The notes under the pieces are model-generated. The model was not told where the DNA came from. It saw only the letters and a list, made by a program, of their open reading frames with translations, and did no database searches. This document shows positions 1-9,423 of a DNA stretch of 64,000 nucleotides, piece after piece. Every line of letters starts with the position of its first letter. Within the stretch, counting starts at the first letter, position 1. Made by a program: the position numbers and the translations under genes. This stretch comes from Escherichia coli (GTDB taxonomy: Bacteria > Pseudomonadota > Gammaproteobacteria > Enterobacterales > Enterobacteriaceae): NCBI RefSeq assembly GCF_003334255.1, contig NZ_QOWU01000019.1; one strand, given 5' to 3'.

Positions 1-270
1 ATGCTTCCATCGGAAACGATGATCTGGCAGCCTGAGTTCACAGATAAAACACTCTCCAGGAAACCCGGGGCGGTTCAAGCTCATTTAAACTATCTGGTCT
101 GTTTCCTCCGGTTCTACAAAAATAGATAGGGGTGCACCTACGTTACCAATACTGGCATCATGGCTACATACGGCGGTCAGTTTACGCTTACTCACCATTC
201 TTTACTTTTTTATAAGCGTCAATAGGTTTGGGATATGACTTTTTCAAGAAGCCAAACTGTTTGGAGTAAG

Positions 271-301
271 CAAAAAAGCCTCCACAAATTGCTGCGGAGG
301 C
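271..301 (-). terminator. Rho-independent terminator-like hairpin downstream of the lut operon
   Basis: GC-rich inverted repeat gcctcc...ggaggc (278-301) followed on the minus strand by a T-run (A6 at 272-277 on plus); lies just past the ykgG stop. Confidence 0.5.
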
Positions 302-398
302 ATAAAGAAACACAATTATGCCTAACCTTTAGTCTATTGTTGCCTTTTCACAAGACGATTGCAATATCACCTTAAGGCCATTTTTTTATTAGCAATCG

Positions 399-1097
399 TT
401 AAGCGCAATCATCAATGATCAAATAGGTTGCATGTACAGGACCATGTACGCCAACAACTTTGATCAGTTCTATATCTGCAGTAGAACTTGGGCCTCCAAT
501 CAGATTTATACAGGACGGCATCCGTTGTCCTTCCTGAGCCATATCATGAAGTTTTTGCGCAAGCTGCGCCACTCTGGGGAGAATGGTGCTTTTACGTAAA
601 ACAAATAATGATGCTTCAGGCAAAAGGCTTACTGAGCGCCCACGTTCTGGTGCGGAGAATAAGACAATGCCTCCTGATTCTGTCAGCCCATACTCAGCGA
701 AAACGACACCAGTTTTTGCCTTTTCAGCAATATGGATATTTTCATCGCCCTTCTCCGGATCCCACAGAGCAGCGCCCATTTCTTTTTGTAGCAATGGCGT
801 AATCCCTGTATCGACCAGTCGTTGATCGTTGCTGATAATGACTGGCCCGGAACCGAACTTCCAACAGATGTCTAAGGCTTTTGATGGTGCGTTTTCAGGC
901 GACACCAGAACACACTCGGCAAGCATCACTTCTGAGGCAAATTTAATAAACGCCTCACAGCGTTGGTCTGATGTCAACTCTGTTAAACGTGTTGTAGCCA
1001 GCGTATTTACAGGCTCCGGCATTGCTTCGGGAATATGTCTTACTGGTCTGCCAAGCTTTCTGGCGATCGCAACGAGAAATTCCTCTCTGTTTTCCAT
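399..1097 (-). CDS. ykgG: Lactate utilization protein C (LutC/YkgG family)
   Basis: Translation resembles YkgG/LutC; start moved from the track's 1151 to the ATG at 1097, which has a strong AAGGAGG RBS 8 nt upstream and sits 4 nt after the ykgF stop. Confidence 0.8.
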   Translation of the reverse strand: MENREEFLVAIARKLGRPVRHIPEAMPEPVNTLATTRLTELTSDQRCEAFIKFASEVMLAECVLVSPENAPSKALDICWKFGSGPVIISNDQRLVDTGITPLLQKEMGAALWDPEKGDENIHIAEKAKTGVVFAEYGLTESGGIVLFSAPERGRSVSLLPEASLFVLRKSTILPRVAQLAQKLHDMAQEGQRMPSCINLIGGPSSTADIELIKVVGVHGPVHATYLIIDDCA

Positions 1098-1101
1098 AAA
1101 A

Positions 1102-2517
1102 TTACCCCTCCTTCTTATGTCGCTTGAACCAACTACGGAAGCTTTCTCCATCAGGTGATGGCAGGTCTCTGGCTTCAGTCCACTCTTTTATCGCTCCAAC
1201 ACTAATCGGCGTTTTTCCTTTCCTGATGAACAGACGGGCTGTTTTGGCCCCAGCAACCATACCTACCTTCCACAACGCCGGATGGCTGTTTATGTAATTG
1301 AATGCTCTGGTTATACGGCGTTCCGTTAATGGTGTGATTTCAGACTCTGCCATAACCTGGCGATGTTTTTGTATTAGCGTTGCCAGAGGTATTTTTACAG
1401 GACATACCCCATTGCAGGCAGTGCACAATGAGCAGGCATAGGGTAAATCCCTAAAGTCTTCATATCCCCCAAGCAATGGGGAAATAACCGCGCCGATTGG
1501 CCCCGGGTAGATTGAACCATAACCATGCCCACCAATCTGACGATAAGCCGGGCAGGTATTAATGCAAGCCCCGCAGCGGATACATCGTAATACATCGCTG
1601 AATTCTGAGCCGAGAATCTCTGAACGCCCATTGTCAACAATAACGAGATGGAACTCTTCCGGACCATCAACATGTCCTTCTTCTCTGGGGCCTGTAAGCC
1701 AGGTGTTATAACCTGTCAGTCTCGCCCCGACAGCACTCCTTGCAAGCATGGTAATCAGAACATCCACCTCCTGGAATGTCGGAGCAATACGCTCCATACC
1801 CATAACAGCAATATGTGTTTTAGGTAATGTGGTGCACATCCGTGCGTTGCCTTCGTTTGTCACAAGGCAAACTGACCCTGTTTCTGCAACGGCAAAGTTA
1901 CATCCCGTTACGCCAACTTCAGCACTCAGAAAATCTTGTCTGATTTTCTCACGGATGAACAATGTCATTGCTTCTGGAGTTTCAGGCCCGTCATACCCCA
2001 GATGTTCATGTAAAACTCTGCGGATTTGATGGCGATCCTTATGTATTGCCGGCACAACCACATGCGATGGCGGCTCATGTGCTAGCTGAAGAATATATTC
2101 CCCAAGGTCCGTTTCAATCACGGGTATCCCGGCTTTCTGAAGAACGGCATTCATGCCAATTTCCTCAGTCACCATTGATTTGGATTTAACAACCTTCCTG
2201 GCGTTTTTTTCTTTCGCCACCTTCAGTATGTAACTGGTTGCATCCTCTCTGGTACGGGCAAAATATACATGCCCGCCATTCGCGGTAACTTTTTCGGACA
2301 ATTGATACAAATAAGCATCAAGATTTTCCAGAACATGCCGACGAATCTGTTCAGCTCGTGAACGCCATTCCTCCCAGTGTCCCAGTTCATCAACCATTTT
2401 CTGTCGATTAGTCCCTATGCGCTCCTGTGCGTTAGCCACAGCTTTTCGCATGATCGGGTCCTGAATCTGAATACGGATACGCTCTTTAAACCTGATATCA
2501 CTTGTTTTCAAAGACAT
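1102..2517 (-). CDS. ykgF: Lactate utilization iron-sulfur protein (LutB/YkgF family), 4Fe-4S ferredoxin-type cysteine motifs
   Basis: 471 aa ORF with CxxCxxCxxxCP cluster motifs (CIRCGACINTCPAY, CSLCTACNGVCP); operon position between ykgE and ykgG. Confidence 0.85.
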   Translation of the reverse strand: MSLKTSDIRFKERIRIQIQDPIMRKAVANAQERIGTNRQKMVDELGHWEEWRSRAEQIRRHVLENLDAYLYQLSEKVTANGGHVYFARTREDATSYILKVAKEKNARKVVKSKSMVTEEIGMNAVLQKAGIPVIETDLGEYILQLAHEPPSHVVVPAIHKDRHQIRRVLHEHLGYDGPETPEAMTLFIREKIRQDFLSAEVGVTGCNFAVAETGSVCLVTNEGNARMCTTLPKTHIAVMGMERIAPTFQEVDVLITMLARSAVGARLTGYNTWLTGPREEGHVDGPEEFHLVIVDNGRSEILGSEFSDVLRCIRCGACINTCPAYRQIGGHGYGSIYPGPIGAVISPLLGGYEDFRDLPYACSLCTACNGVCPVKIPLATLIQKHRQVMAESEITPLTERRITRAFNYINSHPALWKVGMVAGAKTARLFIRKGKTPISVGAIKEWTEARDLPSPDGESFRSWFKRHKKEG

Positions 2518-2527
2518 TCTGTTTACC

Positions 2528-3247
2528 TCATCTGTGCATCAGGACTTCAGCAATATGCATCACTTTTACAGGATGCCCTTCACGGTTAAGCCGACCGCCG
2601 ATGTTTAGCAGACAACTGGCGTCAGCCCCGATAAGAAAATCAGGTTTAACATCCATAATATGCCCAACTTTCTCTTTCACCATTTCACCAGAGATCTCCG
2701 CCATTTTTACAGAGAATGTGCCGCCAAACCCGCAGCACGTTTCCTGAGCGTGAAACGGCAGTAGCTCAAGCCCCTGTACATTCTCAAGTAGCAAAAGCGG
2801 CTCTCTGGTTACACCCAGTTTACGGGAAAGGCTGCAGGAGGGATGGTACACAGCGCGACCATTGAGTTTTGCCCCAACATCTGTGATGCCAAGATGATTT
2901 ACTATAAATGATGTCAAATCATGCAGGCGTTCAGCCACTTTTTCAGCTCGTGCTGCCCACTCAGGTTCTTCACTGAGATAGCGAGCGTAATTTTTTATCG
3001 TGTAAGTGCATGACCCGGCAGGAGATACTACCGGCCAGTCATTCTCTTCCAGCGAAGATATGAGATTTTTCATGCCTGGGATGGCATCACGAACATAACC
3101 GCCATTTATCGCTGGCTGACCACAACATCCCTGCTTTTCGGGGAAATGGACATTGCAACCCAATTGCTCCAGTAACAGCACACTCTTTTGTGCCATCCGG
3201 GATTTAAACGCATCACCAATGCAGGTGACGAAAAAGTTAACATTCAC
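2528..3247 (-). CDS. ykgE: Cysteine-rich (CCG-domain) Fe-S oxidoreductase subunit LutA/YkgE
   Basis: 239 aa ORF, N-terminal MNVNFFVTCIGD and CCG motifs typical of YkgE/LutA; first gene of the ykgEFG-type operon. Confidence 0.85.
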   Translation of the reverse strand: MNVNFFVTCIGDAFKSRMAQKSVLLLEQLGCNVHFPEKQGCCGQPAINGGYVRDAIPGMKNLISSLEENDWPVVSPAGSCTYTIKNYARYLSEEPEWAARAEKVAERLHDLTSFIVNHLGITDVGAKLNGRAVYHPSCSLSRKLGVTREPLLLLENVQGLELLPFHAQETCCGFGGTFSVKMAEISGEMVKEKVGHIMDVKPDFLIGADASCLLNIGGRLNREGHPVKVMHIAEVLMHR

Positions 3248-3296
3248 AGAAATTTCTCCTGTTGATTAATATTCCACGTCCTTTTGTTGTTTTTTC

Positions 3297-4853
3297 TCAG
3301 GCCATGAACAGGTGGTAGACAAGGCCTACTTTCAGTCCAAGAATAACAATATAAGCAAAGCAGTACTTCAGTGTTCCTGACATGATTACGCTGCCCTGAC
3401 CATCCATACGGGTGGCTGAAACAGCGATAGCAATACTCTGAGGAGAAATCATTTTGCCGCCTGTTGCGCCAGATGTATTTGCGGCAGCCAGCCAGAGCGG
3501 GTCCACATGCAATTTTTCAGCCGCAGTGGTCTGCAATTTACCGAACAGAATGTTGGAGTTTGTGTCACTGCCTGTAACAAATGTACCAAGAGCGCCAATA
3601 ACCGGAGCAATGAAGAGGTAGGCTCCACCAGTGAGATCCACAAGGCTTTGTGCCAGAGTGCCAATTAACCCACAAACATCCATTACCGTTGCCATGGCAA
3701 CAATCGCAGAAATGGCAATAATGGAGTTTTTGAGCTGTTTTACCGTACTGATAAATACGTTTAACAGACATGACAGGGATGCTTTTTGTATCAAGCCGCC
3801 AATAACACTGGCAATGATAATCAGAACACCGGGGGTTGCGATCCATTCAATCTTCATCGACAGATTGCTGCCGTTACTCAGAGAGAAACTGAGTGACGAG
3901 GCAATCTGAGACACCGCACTTTTTATCGTCGGGAACAGTGGAGAGCAAAGCAGAATGAACAGAAAAATCAGGATGTAGATTGAGCACGCACGTAACAACG
4001 CCCCACGAGAGTATGAAAGTGCGCTGGCGCTATCTGCTGAAGTATCAATAAGAAATTCAGGTTCTGTTTTTTCTTTACGGTTTTTTGCCATAAAGACTAT
4101 AACGATCAGACTGACAAGACTTCCCGCGAAAGCCGGGAGTTCTGCACCAAGATTAACAGCCACCAGATACTGAGGTATCAATGTGCTGACACCGCACATC
4201 AGGGTAATTAATCCTACGCCTCGTATAGCCTTCATCCCTCCACCGATAATCGCGACGATGACGAAGGGGAGCAGAATGTTGAACAGTGCCAGCTGAAGAA
4301 TAATCGTCCCACTGAGTGTGGTTACAGGCAAATTAACTTGTTCAGCAAGTACAGAGACAGGTATACCGACTGCTCCAAATGCTGTAGGGACTGTATTAGC
4401 AACCAGTGACGCAATTGCTGCTTTTAGTGGGTTAAAGCCCAGTGCAATCAGTATACCAATGGGGATTGCTACAGCTGTACCGTAACCGGCTGCCGCCTCA
4501 AGAAATCCGCCAAAACACCATGAGATAAGAAGTACCTGGATACGCTTGTCATCACTAACGCTCGCCAGAACATTTCTCAGAATATCCATGCTTTTTGTCG
4601 CATTCATCAGGTTATAGCTGTAAATGGCAGCAAGGATAACAATCACAATTGGCCACAAACCTTTGATTGTGCCGTATACCACAGCAGATCCCATATCCAT
4701 AACTGGCGTCTGCCAGAAAACACCCCCAAGGATTAGCGTGATCAGGAGAGTGCTAAGCACGGCATAATGTATGGGCATTTTGACTTTCAGAATCAAAATG
4801 ATCATCGCCAGAAGCGGTGTAAGTCCCAGTAAAAAAAGCAGGTAATCGTGCAT
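3297..4853 (-). CDS. L-lactate permease family (LctP) transporter
   Basis: 518 aa polytopic membrane protein with LctP-family character; directly upstream of and co-oriented with ykgE (44 nt gap). Confidence 0.8.
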   Translation of the reverse strand: MHDYLLFLLGLTPLLAMIILILKVKMPIHYAVLSTLLITLILGGVFWQTPVMDMGSAVVYGTIKGLWPIVIVILAAIYSYNLMNATKSMDILRNVLASVSDDKRIQVLLISWCFGGFLEAAAGYGTAVAIPIGILIALGFNPLKAAIASLVANTVPTAFGAVGIPVSVLAEQVNLPVTTLSGTIILQLALFNILLPFVIVAIIGGGMKAIRGVGLITLMCGVSTLIPQYLVAVNLGAELPAFAGSLVSLIVIVFMAKNRKEKTEPEFLIDTSADSASALSYSRGALLRACSIYILIFLFILLCSPLFPTIKSAVSQIASSLSFSLSNGSNLSMKIEWIATPGVLIIIASVIGGLIQKASLSCLLNVFISTVKQLKNSIIAISAIVAMATVMDVCGLIGTLAQSLVDLTGGAYLFIAPVIGALGTFVTGSDTNSNILFGKLQTTAAEKLHVDPLWLAAANTSGATGGKMISPQSIAIAVSATRMDGQGSVIMSGTLKYCFAYIVILGLKVGLVYHLFMA

Positions 4854-5761
4854 GTCATTTCCTCAAACGAAAACAAAGTCAGCATCATTACTGTGGATAT
4901 TGATAGTCTCCACACCCTGTCGGACGAGAGCGTTTAGTTATCAGGGGGAGAATGAGTATCGCCTCCAAAATTGGGATGTACTTATAAAGTATTTTTTAGT
5001 TTAAAAAATATAGCTGAATCGTTTCATTGTTATCTTCCATGAATAAATGTTATGGAATAATACTTTTTGGGTATTTTTTGTTTATGCTTGTAACACTTGT
5101 GTGCTATCCCGATATAACCTTAAGACTGGAGTTGCAACTGGAGCTCGTCGAAAATCAACGCCCAAATCCTCGACAAATGGAGAAAGAGAATGAGCAATAT
5201 CACCAGGAATAGTTTAGTTGTAGCAGGCGTTCTGGCTTATGGCAGGGAATGTTGCGTTGGCATCTGATGTGCCTACTGAAGTGACTCTAATAGAAAAACA
5301 AACGCTGGTACGTAACAACGGTGCAGAGGTTCAGTCAGAGCAGGACACTGACTGTCGTCTGAGAGGAAGTGGATAAAGCCGGAGCAAGAGAGCCAAATCA
5401 TGATCGATTCGAATGCCAAACTATGATCGATTCAGATGCCATTTTGCAATTAATTTAAAGTTTTATAAAAAACATGACAAAAAATATGTTATATAGTTGT
5501 ATATAAAGTATTATTATCTGAACAGGTTATTATATATTAAATGGAACAGAAGATTATTAATTACTTATCCAGTAATAGCCCTGCAAAATTAGGCGTTTTA
5601 TTGAATGATTTAAATATAACAAAGGAGGTGCATTACTCCGCAACATTAATTTTAGAAGAATTATACACCAGAGAAATGTTGGTGTAATTCTCTTGTGTGA
5701 TAATGTTATACAGAATATGCAAATGTAGTTTACATTTGTCCTGTCTATTCTTATTTGTAAG

Positions 5762-5990
5762 CGTTAACCGAGTGCCGCATTGACGCTTATTTATTAGTGA
5801 GTACTACGTTCCATGGCGAGAGTTCGTCAACACGGTTGGAAGGCCATTCCAGTAGTACGCCCAGGATATGGCGCAAATACGCTTCCGGGTCGATACTGTT
5901 CAGTCGGCAGGTGCCAATCAGCCCGTACAGTAGCGCTCCACGCTCTCCACTGTGATCGTTGCCGAAGAACACGTAGATGATATGACCTTT
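5762..5990 (-). mobile_element. IS66-family element 3' remnant (transposase C-terminal fragment plus terminal repeat)
   Basis: ORF 5787-5972 encodes the conserved IS66 TnpC C-terminus (…LYGLIGTCRLNSIDPEAYLRHIL…SPWN); terminal sequence tgtaagcg at ~5760-5770; truncated on the other side by the IS110-type insertion. Confidence 0.55.
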
Positions 5991-6032
5991 ATATACTCAC
6001 TATAGCATTGGTGGGATATTCCAGAGGTCATC

Positions 6033-6939
6033 ATGGATTCGGAAAATATTGCAGCTTACGTCGGGCTGGATGTTCATAAAGAAACCTTGGCGATTGCTAC
6101 ACCTGAATGGCTTGGCGAAGTTCGTTATTATGGTACGATTAACAACGAAGTCCTGGCTGTACATCGATTATGTCAGAAATTGCAGGGACCTTACGGAAAC
6201 ATTCTTTCCTGCTATGAAGGTGATCCCTGTAGTTTTGGGCTATATCATCAACTCACAGTGATGAATATAAAATGCCTGGTTATTGCCCCCTTCCCGTATA
6301 CCCAAATCACCGGCAGACAGGATCAAAAATGACCATCGGGATGTAATTTCTCTCGCCAGGTTACTGAGGGATGGTGAGGTTCCCCCAGTCTGGCTCCCTG
6401 AGCTGACTCATGAAGCTATGCGGGATTTAATCAGAGCCCATGCCGCTGCAAAACGTGACACGAACAGACAAACGTTATGCCAGGAAGCACTGAACCGGCA
6501 AACATCGAACCTGGTTAGTTAATCAATCATTTGGTCTGCTATCTCAACAGATTGCTTTCAACATTATTGTCAGAATCTGGAGCAGATTGAAGATCGCATA
6601 CTTCAACTCGATCAGGAAATATCTCGCCTGTTACCTGAGTGATCTCTGTGCAATCTGGTCTGCCAGTTGCAGGCTCTTAAAGGTGTTGGTCAGCTAATCG
6701 CAATAACCCTGGTTGCTGAACTGGGTGATTTTTCTCGATTTTCCAATCCTGAACGGCTCATGGCTTTTCTGGGACTGGTGCCAGGTGAATATTCCAGCGG
6801 AAACAGCATTCGCCCCAGAGGAATAACAAAAGTTGGAAACAGTGAACTGAGACATCTGCTTTACGGATATCAAATAAATTCAGATTATTTAACAGTAAAA
6901 CCCCACTTATGTGATGAATCTCATAAAAAAGCAAAGTGA
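6033..6939 (+). pseudogene. IS110-family transposase, disrupted by frameshifts
   Basis: Three consecutive ORF fragments (6033-6332, 6283-6522, 6667-6939) in different frames; N-terminal VGLDVHKETL motif and C-terminal LKGVGQLIAITLVAELGDFSRF…PGEYSSG motif typical of IS110-family transposases. Confidence 0.65.
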
Positions 6940-7172
6940 AGTAATAATATCCAATTTATCCCTCATTCCTTAAGTAAGCGTACACTGGCCGCGTACACCA
7001 TGGCATAATAATACGTTGTTTTACTGATATTTCCGGCTGTTAAAATCCCCGACGGCCCGGCTGAAGCTGGTGCAGGAAAGCGGGTTAATTGTCACTACGC
7101 GGGATAGCCTGTCTGGCTGGATACAACGTATTGCCACAGATATGCAGCAACTGCGTCAGTCCGGAATGTCAG

Positions 7173-7445
7173 TCATCTCCGGGGATGTTGAGGTCTCAGG
7201 CACACTGACCGGCCCCCCGTGTTGTTTCCGGGTACTGTTTTTGATTTATGCAACAAAGTATCGCAGCGTCGAATATGAGCTATGGCCAGATTTTTGTTAA
7301 TCGTGGTTGTTGCAACATGTAAGGCGAATGACCACACTATTCTGGCACGCTCGTAATCACGCTGAAATTCCGCTTCCTGTGCTGCCGTGAAGAGTTCCGA
7401 CCAGGACATACGGCGAAGTGTATGTCTGTCAGTAATATCCGTCAT
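7173..7445 (-). CDS. Hypothetical small protein (90 aa); has a diverged paralog at 13956-14171
   Basis: ORF overlapping the upstream ORF by 4 nt; a ~75% identical nucleotide segment occurs in inverted orientation at ~13950-14180, and this frame is the better conserved one. Confidence 0.35.
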   Translation of the reverse strand: MTDITDRHTLRRMSWSELFTAAQEAEFQRDYERARIVWSFALHVATTTINKNLAIAHIRRCDTLLHKSKTVPGNNTGGRSVCLRPQHPRR

Positions 7446-7657
7446 GAGCTCTCAGCCTCCTCCTTCGTATTTCCGTCAGAAACACAAACGCCCCGCAGAG
7501 AAAATTCGCCAACATTCTCCTTTTTAATGGCGCGCAATGCATCGCGACAGGCCCGTTCGGTATGAAATGCCTGGCTGTGCACCGCCAGTGTGGGCTGCCG
7601 GGCATCACCGGAAGAGACATTAAAGGGAGATGAAAGCCAGAAAATCAGTAGCCACAT
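7442..7657 (-). CDS. Hypothetical small protein (71 aa) with hydrophobic N-terminus (possible signal peptide)
   Basis: ORF within a tightly packed co-oriented cluster; N-terminal MWLLIFWLSSPF hydrophobic stretch. Confidence 0.3.
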   Translation of the reverse strand: MWLLIFWLSSPFNVSSGDARQPTLAVHSQAFHTERACRDALRAIKKENVGEFSLRGVCVSDGNTKEEAESS

Positions 7658-7660
7658 GCG

Positions 7661-8044
7661 TCACACCTCGTCCTTTTTATGCGGGTATCTGGCCAGAATA
7701 TTGAGCGCCTGTAATGGAGCTTCATGCATTTCACGGATACAACGGGCATCGGTGATGTTTTCCCTGTAATGCGTGGTTTCCAGCATCATATGATGCATAT
7801 GCAGCATCCGGGCCAGGGCTGCGCGGAGTTCTTCAATATGTTGTTCATGGGAATACTGGCGGGGCTGTATCCGGCAGAGAGGGATAACCTCCACATCATC
7901 CGGGTGCGCGCGAAGCCACGCGTCAGTGACTGCAATGTCTTCAGTGTAAAACCATGTGCCGGATGTCCCGTTGGCCAGAAAACGCATTTTCCAGGCTTCT
8001 GGGGTGGCGGTTGTGTTGTTATCTTTCATGGTGCCACCACTCAT
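7661..8044 (-). CDS. Hypothetical protein (127 aa)
   Basis: ORF 3 nt upstream of the next ORF and overlapping the preceding one by 4 nt; no family recognised. Confidence 0.35.
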   Translation of the reverse strand: MSGGTMKDNNTTATPEAWKMRFLANGTSGTWFYTEDIAVTDAWLRAHPDDVEVIPLCRIQPRQYSHEQHIEELRAALARMLHMHHMMLETTHYRENITDARCIREMHEAPLQALNILARYPHKKDEV

Positions 8045-8232
8045 TCAACAGGCTTAATGCTGTCCAGGCGCAGTCTGCTCAGACTGTCGTGGCTGCCACA
8101 GCGGCGTCCTGTACTTTTGCTGTAGCACTCCTGCCCCCTGATACACCATGCCGTTGGCGTTTCGTAGAGGCTGACACGTCGGGTTTTATCTTTACTGGCT
8201 AGAAGCCCGGTGTGAGTTTTTGTCTTTTTCAT
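8041..8232 (-). CDS. Hypothetical small basic protein (63 aa)
   Basis: ORF overlapping the downstream ORF start by 4 nt (operon-like coupling). Confidence 0.25.
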   Translation of the reverse strand: MKKTKTHTGLLASKDKTRRVSLYETPTAWCIRGQECYSKSTGRRCGSHDSLSRLRLDSIKPVE

Positions 8233-8319
8233 CGGTGGGGTACAAACGCAGAAATTTTGTTGTCATCAGTTTTTGCCTGCAGAGGCCTGAAAAGACAGCG
8301 TTTTCAGGCCCTGTTCAGG

Positions 8320-8562
8320 TTAGTGAATATTCTTGCCTGGCCTTTCGGCAATATCAATCCCCTGAAGTTGCATGGATATCCCATGCCCATTGAGCATCTG
8401 GCTGTCCATGGAATGGATACCGCATGTCATCATCAGGTTGTAACAAAGCGTACTCAGCATGGCGAGTGCCTCTTCTGAGGATTTACAATGTGTGTTCATA
8501 AGGGCCAGAAACTGCTCAACAACATCCGGGTTAATGCTGGTACTGTGTATTTCATCCTTCAT
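8320..8562 (-). CDS. Hypothetical small protein (80 aa); possibly a YmgA/AriR-like small regulatory protein
   Basis: Start trimmed to the ATG at 8562, which has an AAGGA RBS 4-8 nt upstream; weak resemblance of the C-terminal end (…GKNIH) to the YmgA family; family assignment is a guess. Confidence 0.3.
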   Translation of the reverse strand: MKDEIHSTSINPDVVEQFLALMNTHCKSSEEALAMLSTLCYNLMMTCGIHSMDSQMLNGHGISMQLQGIDIAERPGKNIH

Positions 8563-8679
8563 GATGTGTCCTTGTTTTTTATTATTTTGCATTTCAGAAA
8601 ATAACACGATGCATGTAACCCAGAAAACCGATATGTGCACGCGTAGTCACTTTCTGGCAGATTCCGGTCTCTGAAACAA

Positions 8680-9240
8680 AATACGAGGTGGCATGAAGCG
8701 GATTGTGGCGGACAGGGAAAGTGATTTGATTCCGGGGAAGGCGCTGTGCAGCAGTCTTATCCGGCAGTTTAAAGGGGTGGACGGAGACCAATGAGGCACT
8801 GGAGCAGATTCAGTGCAGAGGTGACCTGCTTTATCAAACTTAATTGTGACAAAATGGCGATTGAGAAGGTGCAATTGACTTATCCGGATTCGGTCGTGGC
8901 GAGGTGGTGACCCTGCATTCTGCTAACCGGGTTATGAGCCAGGAGTCAGCGATAGACAAAGGGACTTATCTGACCGGGCCCCCGGAAAAATGGCGGGAGA
9001 GAATGATACCTTCCTGCTGACGAGACCGGACTTTGAGATGACGAGCGATAGTGCGGCAGTGATGTACAGCCTGATCGGTAGCTGCAAAACTTAACGGAAT
9101 CGAGCCGGAAACGTGGCTACGCCACGTGATCAGTGTAATCAACACCTGGCCTGCCAACCGCATGAAAGAGTTGTTGCCCTGGAACGTCACTCTCTCTGTA
9201 AACTAATTTTTACCCCACGTCCTTCACGGTGCGCTTACAC
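8680..9240 (+). mobile_element. IS66-family element 3' remnant (frameshifted transposase C-terminus plus terminal repeat)
   Basis: Plus-strand translation across ~8950-9210 gives the IS66 TnpC C-terminal motif (…MYSLIGSCK…NTWPANRMKELLPWN) broken by stops; terminal gcgcttaca at ~9230-9240; inverted relative to the remnant at 5762-5990. Confidence 0.5.
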
Positions 9241-9423
9241 TCTGGACAAGTATGTAAATGATAAGTTAAAAATAATCCGTGCATTTCCTGTGACGATATT
9301 AGTTGTTGGTAACGAAATCTCATTAGCGGATCGGAAATGCACTTAACCTAATACGTTGCCACTGTTCCGCCAGGAGTTGCAGTGGCAACGTATTCTACCG
9401 TCAGTGATAGCGTTTTGTTATTA

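Noticed and set aside
7070-7300. 76-aa plus-strand ORF (MQESGLIVTTRDSLSGW…)
   Set aside because: Overlaps the better-supported minus-strand small ORF at 7173-7445; it may be the tail of a decayed gene entering from upstream, but is not callable as an intact CDS.
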